Assembly: GCA_965644295.1 (NCBI GenBank)
Contig: CBFFRP010000357.1
Coordinates: 186,001-250,000, forward strand
Origin: Paraphysomonas bandaiensis
Taxonomy: Eukaryota; Protista; Chrysophyceae
DNA: 64,000 nt
Direction of reading: 5' to 3'
Positions 25,518-37,808 of the stretch are shown one piece after another. Made by a program: the position numbers and the translations under genes. The number at the start of each line of letters is the position of its first letter. The first letter of the stretch is position 1. The notes beneath the pieces were generated by a model. The model was not told the DNA's origin and searched no databases. It saw only the letters and a program-made list of their open reading frames with translations.

Positions 25518-27242
25518 TCAACGAGTGGCAGCCATAGAGTTCTTTGATTTTCCCTTCGCTTTACTCTTGTTAGTACTGCTCTGGTGCCCACGCTTCTGTA
25601 GCCGGTTAAGAGTTCTTGCCTTCAGTTCTTCCCTCGTCAGAGGGCGGGTATCATCCTCATCATCATCTTCCTCATCATCTGATTGATAGTCATCGAGCTT
25701 AGGAGGGTTGACATGAAGAAGGTCCTGTCCCATCGGTACCTTTGGTCCCACACCCAGGACCGAAGTAAGGGTTGCAGCCTTACTCGGGGAACCTCCTGCT
25801 ACCGGGGACTCTTGGCCCTCTGTGGAATCTGCGGTCACCAACTGAGAAGCGGACATGGATGGCTGAAGTAGCTCCTGACGGATGTCAGCATATGCTCGTA
25901 AAATACGATTAGCTTGTTGCTCCACTACACCCAGATAGTGAACCATGTTGCTCTCCGTCACAGTCGGATCCACGAAACTATCTTCATCCACCTCTAGCTT
26001 CTCATAGATACTCTGTATGCCACGCTTAAGCGATTCAATAATACGCTGCAAGTCCTGGCATCGAATCTCATACTTTTCAGCCATCGACTCGGAATTCTGA
26101 AGCTTCGCCTCAAGTTCCTTTAGGATCTGTTTGTGTTGATGTACATCCTCACCACTTTCGTGAGCGAATTTGCGTTCTTCTTCACGAAGCATCTGAATTT
26201 GCTCATCTAGCTTTTCAATTTCATTGTTTTGTTCATTGACGTAATTAAACAAACTGAAATTGTGATCTTCGTTTTTGATGAATGTCTTGACCAGTTCGTC
26301 GATATCAGTGATGCCTGTGGCCGCTTTGATTTTATTAAACGCCTCCTCAAAGTTTTGAACACGCTCATATGAGGCCAACACGTCCATTTTCTCCGCATTT
26401 TGATTCCATGTACCACCTGACTTCTTGAGAGTGTCGTCGTCACTTGTATTCGCCATTTGAGCCGAGCCAACGGAGGAGACTCGACTTGCTGGCCTTGTAG
26501 GTCCTGGCAACTTTAGTTCTGTCTCAAGCATTCGGCCAAGCTCAACCATTTGTTCCTCGAATTCCTCTTGTTCCTTGCGATTCGCCTGCTCAATAGCAGC
26601 AACCTCCATTTGATAAGTGTCTCTTTGTTCATAAGACTGGTTCGAAACCTCTATAATCTCAGCCATTTTCTGCTTCTTTTCCTGAAGCTCTCGCTCCATC
26701 TTACGGTATATGTTTTCAAACACTACACGTTCTCGTCTTAAATCATCGATAGCATCACGAAGAGTTTTGTTGTGAGCAATAGCTTCATTGAACTTAACCA
26801 ATGACTTATCAAGACGATTTTCCAATATACGTATTTGTTTTTGAATCATTTGGTAATTTTCTTTTGCTGCATTCACACCACCCATAGCTTTTCTTTGTTG
26901 TAAAACTTTTTGTTTCATAATATGTATTTGTTCTTCCATTGTTTGAATATTTCTTCTTTCATAATCAACTGAATTTGCCATACGATCACACTGATCTTGT
27001 AATTTATTGACAGTCTCTTGTTGACTACTTGATATATTCCTACTTGAACTACGCATCATCATAGCAATCTCACTTTTAATAGTTTCATTATCTTTACGTA
27101 ATTTTTCAATTGTTGTTTGTTGTTTACGTAAAACTGTTTGACTTTCTTCAGCATATGCACGTCGATTTAATTCCATATGACGATATTCACGCTGTAATTG
27201 CTGTAATTCAGCTATACGAAGATCACTTGTTTCGTTACTCAT
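25518..27242 (-). CDS. ODAD1: Outer dynein arm docking complex subunit DC2 (CCDC114/ODAD1 family)
   Basis: 574-aa coiled coil with QIRILENRLDKSLVKFN..IDDLRRER and FIKNEDHNFSLFNYVNE. Confidence 0.88.
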   Translation of the reverse strand: MSNETSDLRIAELQQLQREYRHMELNRRAYAEESQTVLRKQQTTIEKLRKDNETIKSEIAMMMRSSSRNISSSQQETVNKLQDQCDRMANSVDYERRNIQTMEEQIHIMKQKVLQQRKAMGGVNAAKENYQMIQKQIRILENRLDKSLVKFNEAIAHNKTLRDAIDDLRRERVVFENIYRKMERELQEKKQKMAEIIEVSNQSYEQRDTYQMEVAAIEQANRKEQEEFEEQMVELGRMLETELKLPGPTRPASRVSSVGSAQMANTSDDDTLKKSGGTWNQNAEKMDVLASYERVQNFEEAFNKIKAATGITDIDELVKTFIKNEDHNFSLFNYVNEQNNEIEKLDEQIQMLREEERKFAHESGEDVHQHKQILKELEAKLQNSESMAEKYEIRCQDLQRIIESLKRGIQSIYEKLEVDEDSFVDPTVTESNMVHYLGVVEQQANRILRAYADIRQELLQPSMSASQLVTADSTEGQESPVAGGSPSKAATLTSVLGVGPKVPMGQDLLHVNPPKLDDYQSDDEEDDDEDDTRPLTREELKARTLNRLQKRGHQSSTNKSKAKGKSKNSMAATR

Positions 27243-27355
27243 ATTTATAGTAATGTGATAAGAAGAAAACTATTCAATGTATGTACAGCATATGCTGAGA
27301 TGATCTCTGTGACTATATAACACTCACTTGACAGACATATACGTGACTTAACACT

Positions 27356-27528
27356 CATACCATACATACATACATACATACATACATACATACATACATA
27401 CATACATACATACATACATACATACATACATACATACATACATACATACATACATACATACATACATACATACATACATACATACATACATACATACATA
27501 CATACATACATACATACATACATACATA
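27356..27528. repeat. (TACA)n microsatellite, left of the pogo element
   Basis: Tandem repeat. Confidence 0.95.
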
Positions 27529-29107
27529 CAGTCAGTTCGCGTTATGGTGGACGACGTATGGTGGATATCGCCGTTATAGTGGATGAATTTAGGCTTGGTA
27601 CGGGGATTTTCGTATAAAATCCCCGATTTATATACAAACCTATAGTTTTAAATAAAAATCCCTATTTTGGTGGATTGTTGTGAAAAAATTGATAGGCAAT
27701 ATACAGAAAAGTACAATTAATTATCATATGGTCATTTCATATACTTACATCACTGCATCTGTTCGTCTGCTGTATGTAGCGATGTCAGATGAATGCAAAG
27801 GAAGGGTTCATTTCCTAAAGTGGAGAGAAAACTTGTTGAGTACATTAATTTTCGCCAGGAGCACTACAAAGTAGATAAATGCGGGTTGAGCTGGCAATTT
27901 CTGAAGCAGAAGGCTAAGACTATGCAAAGGTTAGCAATACTAAGAAGCAAGTATATGCTCATACTTAACATTTTTGTACTGTATAGATAATCTATGCGGA
28001 TGATGAAGAAGCGCTGAGTTCTTTTCGAGTTTCATCTGGTTGGCTACGTAATGTGTTGAAGAGTCGGAACAATTATGTTCATGTGCATCTTCACGGAGAA
28101 GCTAATGAAATCAGCGATGCTGACGCAGCGGTTGCTATAAGAGTTCAAACAGAAGTTGGGTGAATTATGTGAAATTAAAAAAGTACCAATACAGAGAATT
28201 TTCAACGCCGATCAAACTGGGCTGTATTATGGGAAAACCCCCAACGGAATGTACTGCGAGGCAGAATTGAGTAAGACTATACGGTTTGACAGACGTATTA
28301 CTGTATGGTGGATCAATTCGGTATTTGAACCTTGGTATAAGCGCCGATATGGATCACAGAAATATCTTATTCTGCTGGACAATTGCTCTTCTCAATGTTG
28401 ACATTGAGAGATCCTTATATCCTTCGTACATTACTCTAGTTTTTTTCCCGCCAAAGCTGAGACCCTATGGTCGTAGAAGCTGAAATCGAGGAAGCCAAGG
28501 AGAGCTTCGAAGCTTTTCTATTTCTCCACTAACAGCTACGGTAGATGATGATGATGATCTAACTGAAACGAGTGTTGATACTACTACCACTTCATCTATA
28601 GTAACTTTGAATCAATTTCATGATGCAATGCGTGTAGTATACGACTTCACCATGCAAAGTAGTTGTGAAAATGCTCCTGCTATTCACTACAATTTCTTCA
28701 AGAACGCTTGTGAATTGACTAAATGCTACTCACAGGAGCGCACCCAATCTTCGTCACAATGAACGATACAGCATTTTTTCTCTGTCCGAAGACCTAAGTC
28801 AACACTATAACAACGTAGTTAAGAGCTCAGCGCATTCCTATCACGTAATAACAAGGCTTTTTACATAATTATTTATCTGTAGTGCGATAATAGAAAGTTT
28901 TACGAACTAGAGTGTGGAATACGATATTTTAAACATTTACTTAGGGGTTTCAGTAGAAAACCATGGTTTTATAAGACAAAAACTGTGTTTTGTATAAAAA
29001 CCTGGTTTTTTGCAGAAAAAACCCGGGTTTTCTAATCGTGGATGGTGCCGTTGTGGTGGACAGTATGGCTTATGGTACACACCATCCACCATAACGCGAA
29101 CTGACTG
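27529..29107 (+). mobile_element. Degenerate pogo/Tigger-like DNA transposon
   Basis: 23-bp TIR cagtcagttcgcgttatggtgga; TA flanks; fragments of a CENP-B/Tc5 HTH (FPKVERKL, SSGWL) and DDE_1 (IFNADQTGL, ILLDNCS) with frameshifts and deletions. Confidence 0.9.
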
Positions 29108-29243
29108 TACATACATACATACATACATACATACATACATACATACATACATACATACATACATACATACATACATACATACATACATACATACATACAT
29201 ACATACATACATACATACATACATACATACATACATACATACA

Positions 29244-29277
<34 letters not shown>

Positions 29278-29501
29278 CATACATACATACATACATACAT
29301 ACATACATACGTACATACATACATACATACATACATACATACATACATACATACATACATACATACATACATACATACATACATACATACATACATACAT
29401 ACATACATACATACATACATACATACATACATACATACATACATACATACATACATACATACATACATACATACATACATACATACATACATACATACAT
29501 A
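29108..29501. repeat. (TACA)n microsatellite, right of the pogo element
   Basis: About 390-bp repeat with rare variant units. Confidence 0.95.
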
Positions 29502-29715
29502 CGTATGGATCTGTATAGTGGATATGAGCGATGTGGAGAAGCAAATTGGAGGAATTCATTCGAGTGCTGACCATCATATAATCTGAGCATCATATGTCAT
29601 CACCTCTCTACCTCTCTCTTACCTATCCATATACAGTGATATGTATGTCTCGTATACGCTGTTAGTGATATCCTAACTGTACATATATACATACACACAG
29701 CTGTATACTCACAGT

Positions 29716-31015
29716 ATGAGTCTATACGCCTTCTATCTCCTCTTATCCCTCATACACACATCGCATATACATCTCAGTGATTCCGTTACAGTGTCTTATT
29801 CTCTATTATATAAGAATGTATCAGAGAGCAACAGGAGAGCTCGTGTATCTACTGATCATTTGTTCTGCTTACAGCCTGCATCAGGTACACTATCCACATA
29901 TGGAGGATTCGGGTATGTGCTATAGACTCATAAGAGATTATCTTATATGAGATGTATATTGCAGGAACTTGATGATGGGAGTCAATGCGGTGCAAGCTCT
30001 AGCTCTAGTATCAGGTAGCATTCCTGTTATTAATCACGCCATGTTTCTAGCAATGTTCAGTCATCCGAACCCTAAAGAATCGTATGATGTGTTTAAACCT
30101 AGTCAAATTCGGTTAGGAAGCGTCAGAAGAATTTATTGTCAGTCCAGCAAATTTTTTCGTAGTAAGCTTTCAAAGCTTGGAAGGTCAGGTGTCAATGTTT
30201 TGTGTAACAAAGATGCCTACATGCACCGTGAGAGTATCGCGTTCTTCTCTACTGCTCTCTCTATTTCTCCTACAGATGCGCGCTATTACGATATGGCTAG
30301 CAGTAGTGTAGCTCATTGGATGCTGAGCAACCCAACGGCGTACTTTGAATCAATCGTCCGCCGTCACAGGGATAAAGTCTTGCATCGCTGTGGAGGCACA
30401 CAGTCACGGCTCGATGTCGCTGTTCAGATTCGTACCTGGGCGGATGTCCCCGAGCGCAGGGAGCAATTTTTTACGCAAATACCGTGTGTTATGAGATGTA
30501 TAATGAATCTTGTCCGATTCGTGGCCTCTGGTAAAGGTGTGCATATAGACACATACGACCCTGACTCTGGAGAAGCACCACTGTGTATATTTGTTACCAC
30601 GGATAATTCCACTGTTACAAATGATATCGTGGAGTACTTGGAGGGAATTTCTACCGCAATACGGGCTACTTCTAGCACTAGTATCTCACCTGAGTATCTC
30701 AATTTTACTGCTCCTCGGACTCACGTTAGCCACTGGCACTCTGCTCACACAATCAAGAGTTCTCAACATGAGTTTTCAGCTAGTGAACTTGATTCTCATA
30801 TTGAGCTGTTAGATTGGATGTTAGTAGGAGAAGCGAGCGCTGCGCTGTACACAAAAAGGTCCACATACGCCCGTACTGCGCGGATGAGATTGGGTTACGA
30901 TCACCAGCAAGACGATTTCATATTTGATGTCGTGGATGCTAACCCCTGCGAATGTAAGCCCGTTAGACCAGTATCTGGGGATATTAAACATTCCGTAGTT
31001 GGGGTACTTTTATAG
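29716..31015 (+). CDS. Putative fucosyltransferase-like GT-B glycosyltransferase, two exons
   Basis: Signal/anchor; GGFG|NLMMG, VAVQIRTW, IFVTTDN, LLDWMLVGE..STYARTA resemble fucosyltransferase motifs; intron about 29914-29964. Confidence 0.55.
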
Positions 31016-31656
31016 CATGTAGTTGTTGTTTCTACACACGTAGAGTCAATCAGATATGGAAGCTATACATCACTCATGCTGCTAGACTTCCAAATATGTA
31101 TATGAACTAAACAATGAACAAATTATTTATAATAGACAGAAATACTTGCAGTTCCATGATTATCGCGTACTGTATATATAATCTATCTCATCTAGAATAT
31201 GGTTTGTACATAAAGTACTACTAGTAATACTAACAAGACTGCGTATCTATTAATTCTCAATTATTGAAATTGCAACATTTGGTATTGGGACATCAAATTA
31301 TAATAGACTTCAGATAATGCAATTAATTGATTAAGAAATACCATTTTCATTGTTTTGAAAAGTCAATTTCTACGATTAATGAAAGATTATAATATCCATA
31401 AAATTGTCTCACATAATAATTCGTTTAAATAATTGGCGATAAAAGCGATTAATTGGTACTAAAAAGTTAATGATAATAACGAAGTAGTTGCAATAGAGAC
31501 TAATATTACTGTAGCGTTTGTGATTCATAGCTTAAATATTGTGAATTATTAAATATTCTGTAATATTTATATATATACAAAACTACTATGAAAAAATACA
31601 CTGTTTCTTAAATAAGTTAGAAATAAGTAAAAACAATGCTACATTGCATACATTAT

Positions 31657-33553
31657 CTATGTTTGAGATAAAAAATGTTTTTCAAGTAGTGCAACAGCTT
31701 CCTCTGCGTTTCTGCTTACATGTGCATTCTCTTCTCTGAGGCACTCAATTTCCGCTTCTAATTCGGATTTATCTTTCAATAGATCGGCAATATATACAGT
31801 CCGTGCCTCTCGTTCAGCTGTCAATGTGTCAACAGCCACCTCATGGTCTGCCATGATTTTCTTTGTGCTTGCCAACTCCTTTGATAAATCATCCTTTTGT
31901 CGCTCAAGTTGCCCAATCTCTTTGGTTAGAGAAGAAATCATTTCGTTTAGCTCCATTTTTTTCGCTTCATATGTTTCTATGGTGTTTGTGAGAGTTGCAA
32001 TCTTTTGTTTCTTTGAAACGAGTATTTCCTTTATTATTGCAATATTTTCCTCTCTTGTAGACCCAGCTTTAAAATCTTCACCTTCCGTGTCTATTATGAA
32101 CTTCACTGTGGCATCAATTCCAGTCATTTCTCCTTCGGTGATAGCTTGTCTCTTGCGAGACTCTTCTAGTGCTGATGTGACTTCAACCAGTGATTTCCTG
32201 AGATTGTCTATTTCATTGCTAATTCTTACATTTTCAGCCTTACACTCCGTCAGTTGTGCTTTGATTGCCACATAGTGCTTGTTACCCTCTTCGAATTGTG
32301 ATTTCACCTTTTCATATACCTTGCGTTTAGCATCCGCAACAGCTGTATTCATATTTTCTTTTAGGGCTTCCGCTCTCTCGGTAGATTCCTTCAGTTCTTG
32401 TCGTAACTGTTCTGATATAGCCTTCTCATCACGCAATTGGACTTCATACTTTTCTGTTATTTCGGCAGAAAGCTTCAACCGCATATCATTTATTGAGTCA
32501 CCCTGAGACTTGAACATGTCATTCAATCGTTTCGTGTGAGACGCTTGAACTGAATGAAGTTCTTCAGCATGGGAAGCTTTCATAGATACAATTTCATTTA
32601 CGGAATTCTGTAAGCAATACGTGAACACCTGAAAGGCAGTTTTAAATATACTATATGACCTGCAATTTCTTATTCAATTCACTAATTGTATGATGTGATT
32701 GCTCTGAAGCTCTTTGATGACTCTGCTGCTTGACTGTCATTTCTTCCTGCAGCGATATATTCTTCTTTTCCAATGCCAAGCATTTCTCCTCAAGAGCTTG
32801 CATCTTGTCCCTCAGAAGTGTGTATTTCATAACATCTACACCCGGAGTTGTTCCATTAATAGCATCACAGGAATCGCAAACATTCTGACTTGTATCATTA
32901 GAGACAACAGTAGTTTCTATATTTCTCTCAACGCCCTCACAAGTATCGTTTGGGCCAGAAAGAGATTCACAATCCTCATCGGTAACATCGTCACCAAACA
33001 ACACAGTGCTAGCAGCATAGTGACTGCTTTCTATAGAACTACTGGAATCTCCTCTAAGAAAAGTAGACCCCATCATAGGTGACGGTATTTTGGCAGATGG
33101 GGAGGATAAGGGAGGCAGTGACTCTGCATGTTTTCTTGATGACGTTGAAACCAAGCGAATTGCTTTCTTGTATGCACTAGCCAAGAAACGTGATGGAGTG
33201 GCCTTGGATTTCTTCGATTTCTTGTTCACGGAAATCGATGCGGATTTCAGACATACTGGAGTTTTATCGACTTCAATTACAGATCGATCAGTCGCACGAT
33301 TAGGAGTTATGGCTTCGCTTAGCCTTCTGTTCTCGATATCGAAATCTTCGTAAGTCCGAGTCAATGATGCGATCGGCTTTGTTGAGTATGTCAAACGTGG
33401 CGGGGTGGGGCATTCCTCCCTTCCACTGTCTTGCTGCCTATCTGATTCTTGCAATGTGTTAGAGTCCAATACTTGAAATGGACAACCTCTGGTCTGGGCC
33501 TTAAATGATATTTCATCATCAACTTCAAGAACGAATGGACATTCTGTATCCAT
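31657..33553 (-). CDS. Coiled-coil protein with disordered Ser-rich N-terminus, two exons
   Basis: Two ORFs joined by a short intron near 32630-32660; long heptad-rich C-terminus. Confidence 0.75.
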
Positions 33554-33766
33554 GATTGAATGATGTGTCTGTATAGGTATCGTTCAGTTGGTTAGAAACA
33601 GTTAAAGTAATTATATTACGTAGTGTAGCAATGCACAACATGCATTTGTGTAACTATTACCTGATTATTGTTGCATAATTATGCACAATTCTCTGAAATC
33701 CTGTGCAACTATATGCATATGATACAGCAATACATACATAGATGGCATATGTAGATTGCATATATA

Positions 33767-35102
33767 GAATTCCACTCGCTCCGTTTTCCGGTGCCGCTGT
33801 TTTTTGAGGTGCCATTCTTTAGTGTGTTTTTTATCATCAGAATTGCTTGGATTTGGATTTTCATATAGATATACATGTATGTATATTCCTTTAAAATCAT
33901 CATATTTGTACACTCCTGTCATAATAAATACACCAATACATAAGAATGGATAGTTCCTGTGGTTAGTCACATCAACACTGATATCTGGTTGAAATATCAG
34001 ATGATGGGGAGTGAGAGGGATGTATTCCTGGTCCTCTGAACCTGGTGATGCACTCAGCGTTGTTGCCGCTTCCTGTAAGCTCACTGTTTGTATTTTTAGG
34101 GGAGATAATCCTTCAGCTGCTATGTAGACAATAGCGAGTCTTCCATGCGCAGACCTCACTTCATTATTAGTCTCATTTGTAGTGTATTTGCGGATATATA
34201 TCGAATCTATGCGATATATGGCTTCATTGTGTTTGTGTCATCTGTGTTGAAGTGTAGGTGTTTGAGTGGAAGAGTATATAAGTGTGTTATATTGTCTCTT
34301 GTTGCATTCTGCTGCTTGTTTACATGATTATAGATGCTAGTGCTACACATGACCTTGTTATTATTCGTATTCTCGTTACAATATTTTAAGACTGTGTTTT
34401 CACGAATATTGAAGTCGTCATCTTATGGCATATCAGCATAGATTACCTATTCACCAGCTATACATGTATGCACTCCGTGTGTTCATGTTCATGCAACAGT
34501 TCAAGATCTAGATATGTGGTATATGTTCTGTGTTTTCGCTCTGTGTGCTTCATACAACATATATAGACCATGTATGTGGTATATGTTCTCTGTATGTGCT
34601 TCATACAACACATTGAGACCATATATGTGGTATATGATCTGTATGTTCGCTGTGTGTGCTTTACACAGCACACAGAGACTGTATATGTGAAATGTGCTCT
34701 GTATATTCACTCTGCGTGCTTCATACAACACGCAAGAACTATATATGTGGTATATGATCTGTGTGTTCGCTGTGTGTGCTTTACACCGCACACAGAGACT
34801 GTCTGTATATTCACTCTGCGTGCTTCATACAACACGCAAGAACTATATATGTGGTATATGATCTGTATGTTCGCTGTGTGTGCTTTACACCGCACACAGA
34901 GACTGTCTGTATATTCACTCTGCGTGCTTCATACAACACGCAAGAACTATATATGTGGTATATGATGTGAATATATTACTCTGTGCTCTTCATGCAACAT
35001 ACAGGGACTATATATGTGTTATATGGTGTGTAGTATCACACTTTGCCCCTCATACAACACGCAAAGACTATATATGTGGTATATGATATATGCGTTCACT
35101 CT
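33767..35102. repeat. Left arm of a ~1.3-kb inverted duplication
   Basis: Reverse complement of 36342-37573, with one extra 104-bp unit. Confidence 0.92.
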
Positions 35103-35340
35103 TCGCACCATGCGACACGCAGGGACTATATAAGTATTGTATGATGTATGTATTATGTATTCACTATGTGCTCTTCATGCAATACAAAAGGACTATTTAA
35201 GTGCTATATGATGTGTATTTTTGCACTCTGTGGTTCATATAACACAGAGAGACTATTGAAGTGTTTTTTTAGTGATCTGTATGTTTACTATGTGCGTTTC
35301 GTACAGTACACAAGCACTCAATTTATGGTATATGACGTGT
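34500..35340. repeat. ~60-bp minisatellite array, decaying rightwards
   Basis: Repeated atatatgtggtatatgatctgt..tgcttcatacaacac units. Confidence 0.85.
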
Positions 35341-35499
35341 AGTAAATAGTAAATAGTAAACCCTTAAAGCAAAAACTACGTTATCTATTAAAAACTTAAA
35401 ACAAGCGTGCACTGTGGATTAGAGTGTTCAAATATAAAAATCAGCAACATCAAACTTAACCATACGCTGTGCGTGCTACCACCACCATATGATACGCTA

Positions 35500-36340
35500 C
35501 TTCCATCGCCCCGATGTATGTGTTTACTCAGTATGTATGTTGTTCGAGAGGTTCCCTACAAAGTGAAGCGCAAGACCTGTACCTCTCTTGTTTGTAGCTG
35601 CCCTAGGTTTTGGGACAATGGTCGATACCGCCCCCACTCGCTAGCAGTACATCACTTGAGAGGTATGGGTAGTACATTTCTTTCTTAATTATATTTCTTA
35701 ATATTACCACCAGGGGACATTGATGTGAAGCACATGTCCAGCTCAATCAGGCCTGCTAGGAAACGCGGCCGGCCTCGCAATGCAGCCAAAGCTTTAATCA
35801 ATGATGAATCCATTGATGTCATGGCCCTCAAGCCAGGGAACTGGAAGAATACGTACGTTCGTCACCCCCAGTACCTGAATGGTATGTGCGTAGATTACCG
35901 CGTAGTGCCGAATCACAAGAATCAAAAACTCCTTCGATGGCAGTGTCGGTTCTCGGATGCCCCTGATGACATACTTCCACACCCTAAGATTGTTGGGTTC
36001 GATGTCCATGAAATGAAGGAGGCTGTCGAACACCACCGGACTTGATCACGAGAAACTGCGCATTTCTCGTTCGATTGCGAAGACGAAATGTGATGCATTG
36101 CATGTGTACAATAGATGCATTTGCATTAATTGATGGCTAGAGTATGCTCCCATGTTTGAGTAGAAGTTATTATTTTTGACTAGGTGAATACATTAAAACA
36201 CCTAGTCAACCTAGTCATTGTAAACTGAAAATATGAATTATTAAATGACTAAACTTTTCACCTACTTAACTAGGTTTTTACACCAATTTTGGTGTGACTA
36301 GGTAGTTCAACCATTTCGACTAGGTTAAATAATACATCCC
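35500..36340 (+). mobile_element. 3' fragment of a Mutator-like element (SWIM finger remnant, AT-hook, terminal repeat)
   Basis: VCSCPRFWDNGRY(R)PHSLAV is a decayed SWIM motif; RKRGRPR follows; terminus ..aatacatccc is shared with 24138. Confidence 0.65.
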
Positions 36341-36341
36341 T

Positions 36342-37573
36342 AGAGTGAACGCATATATCATATACCACATATATAGTCTTTGCGTGTTGTATGAGGGGCA
36401 AAGTGTGATACTACACACCATATAACACATATATAGTCCCTGTATGTTGCATGAAGAGCACAGAGTAATATATTCACATCATATACCACATATATAGTTC
36501 TTGCGTGTTGTATGAAGCACGCAGAGTGAATATACAGACAGTCTCTGTGTGCGGTGTAAAGCACACACAGCGAACATACAGATCATATACCACATATATA
36601 GTTCTTGCGTGTTGTATGAAGCACGCAGAGTGAATATACAGAGCACATTTCACATATACAGTCTCTGTGTGCTGTGTAAAGCACACACAGCGAACATACA
36701 GATCATATACCACATATATGGTCTCAATGTGTTGTATGAAGCACATACAGAGAACATATACCACATACATGGTCTATATATGTTGTATGAAGCACACAGA
36801 GCGAAAACACAGAACATATACCACATATCTAGATCTTGAACTGTTGCATGAACATGAACACACGGAGTGCATACATGTATAGCTGGTGAATAGGTAATCT
36901 ATGCTGATATGCCATAAGATGACGACTTCAATATTCGTGAAAACACAGTCTTAAAATATTGTAACGAGAATACGAATAATAACAAGGTCATGTGTAGCAC
37001 TAGCATCTATAATCATGTAAACAAGCAGCAGAATGCAACAAGAGACAATATAACACACTTATATACTCTTCCACTCAAACACCTACACTTCAACACAGAT
37101 GACACAAACACAATGAAGCCATATATCGCATAGATTCGATATATATCCGCAAATACACTACAAATGAGACTAATAATGAAGTGAGGTCTGCGCATGGAAG
37201 ACTCGCTATTGTCTACATAGCAGCTGAAGGATTATCTCCCCTAAAAATACAAACAGTGAGCTTACAGGAAGCGGCAACAACGCTGAGTGCATCACCAGGT
37301 TCAGAGGACCAGGAATACATCCCTCTCACTCCCCATCATCTGATATTTCAACCAGATATCAGTGTTGATGTGACTAACCACAGGAACTATCCATTCTTAT
37401 GTATTGGTGTATTTATTATGACAGGAGTGTACAAATATGATGATTTTAAAGGAATATACATACATGTATATCTATATGAAAATCCAAATCCAAGCAATTC
37501 TGATGATAAAAAACACACTAAAGAATGGCACCTCAAAAAACAGCGGCACCGGAAAACGGAGCGAGTGGAATTC
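36342..37573. repeat. Right arm of the inverted duplication
   Basis: Reverse complement of 33767-35102; begins 1 bp from the MULE terminus. Confidence 0.92.
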
Positions 37574-37710
37574 GTCTACATTCAACGGCTATTTGCAATC
37601 ACCAGCAGCAAAAAAAGAATTATGTAGCCCGTATATCCCAGTATTTATAGTCTCACAACTATATGCATCTTCAAAACCACGGATAGAAGTAGCCCGTAAT
37701 TACTTTTAAT

Positions 37711-37721
37711 AAACAAAAAAA
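37711..37721 (-). terminator. Pol III oligo-T terminator for the permuted tRNA
   Basis: TTTTTTTGTTT starts 9 nt after the end of the 5' half on the minus strand. Confidence 0.65.
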
Positions 37722-37729
37722 TAATCAGA

Positions 37730-37808
37730 TAGGAGGCTGACGCCGTATCCATTGGGCCAGCAGGGCACAAGTAACCCTACCCGGGATTCGAACCCGGAAT
37801 CTTCAGCT
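37730..37808 (-). tRNA. trnR-CCT: Circularly permuted tRNA-Arg(CCT) gene: 3' half 37808-37773, 6-nt spacer, 5' half 37766-37730
   Basis: The halves reassemble into a 73-nt cloverleaf GCCCTGC TG GCCC AATGGATA CGGC G TCAGC CTCCTA|A GCTGA AGATT CCGGG TTCGAAT CCCGG GTAGGGT T; the flanks form a BHB motif at 37/38; a T-run lies downstream. Confidence 0.88.

Noticed and set aside
34500-35340. CRISPR-like array
   Set aside because: Contiguous degenerate tandem units with no unique spacers and no cas genes; the same applies to the 87-bp and heptamer arrays.
37181-37627. Protein-coding gene in the inverted-repeat arms
   Set aside because: GTG start, no recognisable domain, and the ORF ends differ between the two arms.
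37730-37808. tRNA-derived SINE or two broken tandem tRNA pseudogenes
   Set aside because: Both halves end exactly at 37/38, complement each other fully without overlap, and the flanks form a BHB motif, which decay would be unlikely to produce.
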